A DNA stretch of 64,000 bases from an uncultured Vicinamibacterales bacterium. GTDB lineage: Bacteria; Acidobacteriota; Vicinamibacteria; Vicinamibacterales; JAKQTR01. Positions 62,764-64,000 of the stretch are shown here, piece by piece; the stretch's first letter is position 1; every line of letters starts with the position of its first letter. Both the position numbers and the translations under genes were made by a program. The stretch lies in NCBI GenBank assembly GCA_964481395.1, contig CAYZYG010000002.1:6060-70059 (forward strand). The letters run 5' to 3'. Below the pieces are notes generated by a model, which worked only from the letters and a program-made list of their open reading frames with translations, was not told where the DNA came from and searched no databases.

Positions 62764-63348
62764 GTGGATAGAGAAGCCCTGACTCCCCTGATCGGCCGGT
62801 GCCGGGCCGGCGACGAGCTGGCCTGGGAGGCGTTCGTCCGCCAGGCCCAAGGACGGGTCTACGCGCTGGCCTACAGCTACCTGAACGACCGGGAAGAGGC
62901 CCGCGACCTCGCGCAGGAGATCTTCATCCGCCTCTACGAGACGCGCGACCGGTGGCCGGATCACGACGATGAGTTCGTGCCGTGGCTGATCCACGTCGCG
63001 CGGAACCGATCCGTGGACTACCTGCGGCGTCGCAAAGCCCGTGTGCTCTCGTCGGCGCTGCCCGAGGAGCACTACGCGTCGGTGGCGGACTCCGGCGAGG
63101 GGCCGGAAGAACAGGCCGTGGCCACATCGCAGCGTACGGTGCTGCGGGCGGCGCTCAGCCGGCTGTCGGCGATCAGCCGGGAGATCGTCATGTTGAGAGA
63201 CATCCAGGGGCTGTCGGTGGAGCAGGTGTCGACACTGTTGGGCGTCCCCGAGGGCACCGTGAAGTCGAGGGCGAGCCGGGCCAGGCTCGAGCTGGCCGAG
63301 GAGGTCCTGGCGATGTCGAGACCCCGCCAGGCGGGAGAGATCCCATGA
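62764..63348 (+). CDS. ECF-subfamily RNA polymerase sigma-70 factor
   Basis: Region 2 (ARDLAQEIFIRLYE, WLIHVARNRSVDYLRR) and region 4 (LRDIQGLSVEQVSTLLGVPEGTVKSRASRARLEL). Confidence 0.9.
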   Translation: MDREALTPLIGRCRAGDELAWEAFVRQAQGRVYALAYSYLNDREEARDLAQEIFIRLYETRDRWPDHDDEFVPWLIHVARNRSVDYLRRRKARVLSSALPEEHYASVADSGEGPEEQAVATSQRTVLRAALSRLSAISREIVMLRDIQGLSVEQVSTLLGVPEGTVKSRASRARLELAEEVLAMSRPRQAGEIP

Positions 63349-64000
63349 CCTGCGACCAGTGCCGCGCCCGCATCGTTGGCGAGTGGGATCCAGGCACGTC
63401 CGTGCCGGACGATGCCGCTGCGCACCTCGAGGCGTGCGAAGCGTGCCGTGGCTGGATGTCCGCGTTCGCGGAGGGACTGGCGGGTTCGGGCGTGGCGGTC
63501 GAGGCGGAGGGCGCGAGACTGACGGCGGAGGTGCTGGCGCGGACGTCGGGCACGGCCTGCGACCGGGCGCGCCTCCTGCTGGCGTCTCGCGCGGAGAGCC
63601 CGCTGGACGATCTCGATTCGACGCTCGTCGCCGGACATCTGGCGCACTGCGCCGCATGCGCGGAACTCGCGGCTTCGCTGGAGGCGGTACAGGTGGCGAT
63701 CCCGTCGCTCGCCACGCTCGACCCGGGCCCTGGCTTCGCCGATCGCATCCTGGCCCTGACCTCCCGCGTTCCCGTCCGACCGACCGTGACCGAACGGTGG
63801 CGGGGCGCCTGGTCCCGTCTCGTGAAACGTCCCCGGTTCGCCTGGGAGGTCGCGTACGCCGCGACGCTGTGCTGGGTCGTGTTGTTCGGCCCGTCGGTGC
63901 GGGCGTTCGAATGGACGTCGACGGTCACTGCGGTGGCCCGCGAGCAGGTCCCTTCGACGCTCGACGCGCTTGGCCAGACCATCGGGCAGTGGACGGCGGC
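63345..64000 (+). CDS. anti-sigma factor (zf-HC2 type), partial, runs off the right edge
   Basis: Not in the ORF track because no stop lies in the window. I translated it manually. ATG 63345 forms an ATGA overlap with the sigma stop. MTCDQCRARIVGE...HLEACEACRGW, a second HLAHCAACAEL, then TM-like FAWEVAYAATLCWVVLFGP. High GC3 and no in-frame stop to 64000. Confidence 0.7.
   Translation, partial: MTCDQCRARIVGEWDPGTSVPDDAAAHLEACEACRGWMSAFAEGLAGSGVAVEAEGARLTAEVLARTSGTACDRARLLLASRAESPLDDLDSTLVAGHLAHCAACAELAASLEAVQVAIPSLATLDPGPGFADRILALTSRVPVRPTVTERWRGAWSRLVKRPRFAWEVAYAATLCWVVLFGPSVRAFEWTSTVTAVAREQVPSTLDALGQTIGQWTA

Overview
Very GC-rich 64-kb chromosomal segment. Gene content suggests a soil Acidobacteriota-like bacterium, but taxonomy cannot be proven from this window. 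I call about 50 protein-coding genes. I found no rRNA, tRNA, CRISPR array, transposase or integrase. Most other long ORFs in the six-frame track are antisense or out-of-frame shadows of these genes.

Main content:
(1) A roughly 15-kb minus-strand cluster (9847-25082) encodes HdrC, HdrB, an N-terminal half of HdrA, NuoE-like and NuoF-like flavoprotein subunits, a HoxU/NuoG-like domain fused to the C-terminal half of HdrA, MvhD, [NiFe]-hydrogenase small and large subunits, and a maturation protease. These are followed by a co-transcribed sensor kinase, a sigma-54 activator and a dual-receiver protein. An Rrf2 regulator is divergent from the cluster. A split HdrA with an NAD(H) diaphorase module inside the split is the most unusual system here.
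(2) A capA-less poly-gamma-glutamate locus: pgsB, pgsC, a system protein and a PghP/FGase-like lipoprotein.
(3) lutABC plus a HAD gene, an OYE reductase, an ABC transporter whose permease is fused to a CPBP protease, and several oxidoreductases.
(4) A BlaI/BlaR1-like pair followed by a B12-radical SAM gene.
(5) Many peptidases: DPP3-like, S9, PepD, M29-like, a dipeptide epimerase and a rhomboid.
(6) metG, typA, tag, and an ECF sigma / anti-sigma pair at the right edge.

Non-coding DNA is dominated by a strand-asymmetric family of 7-nt tandem repeats (GGGGACC/GGGGATC, grading into AGGAGAC, AGAAGAC and AGTAGAC). There are also larger composite repeat elements built around a GGGGACATCCACA core, and a roughly 160-200 nt hairpin-type element present twice. 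Start codons are inferred from ORF trimming, Shine-Dalgarno-like sequences and gene overlaps. They are less certain than stop positions. Repeat coordinates may be off by 1-2 nt.
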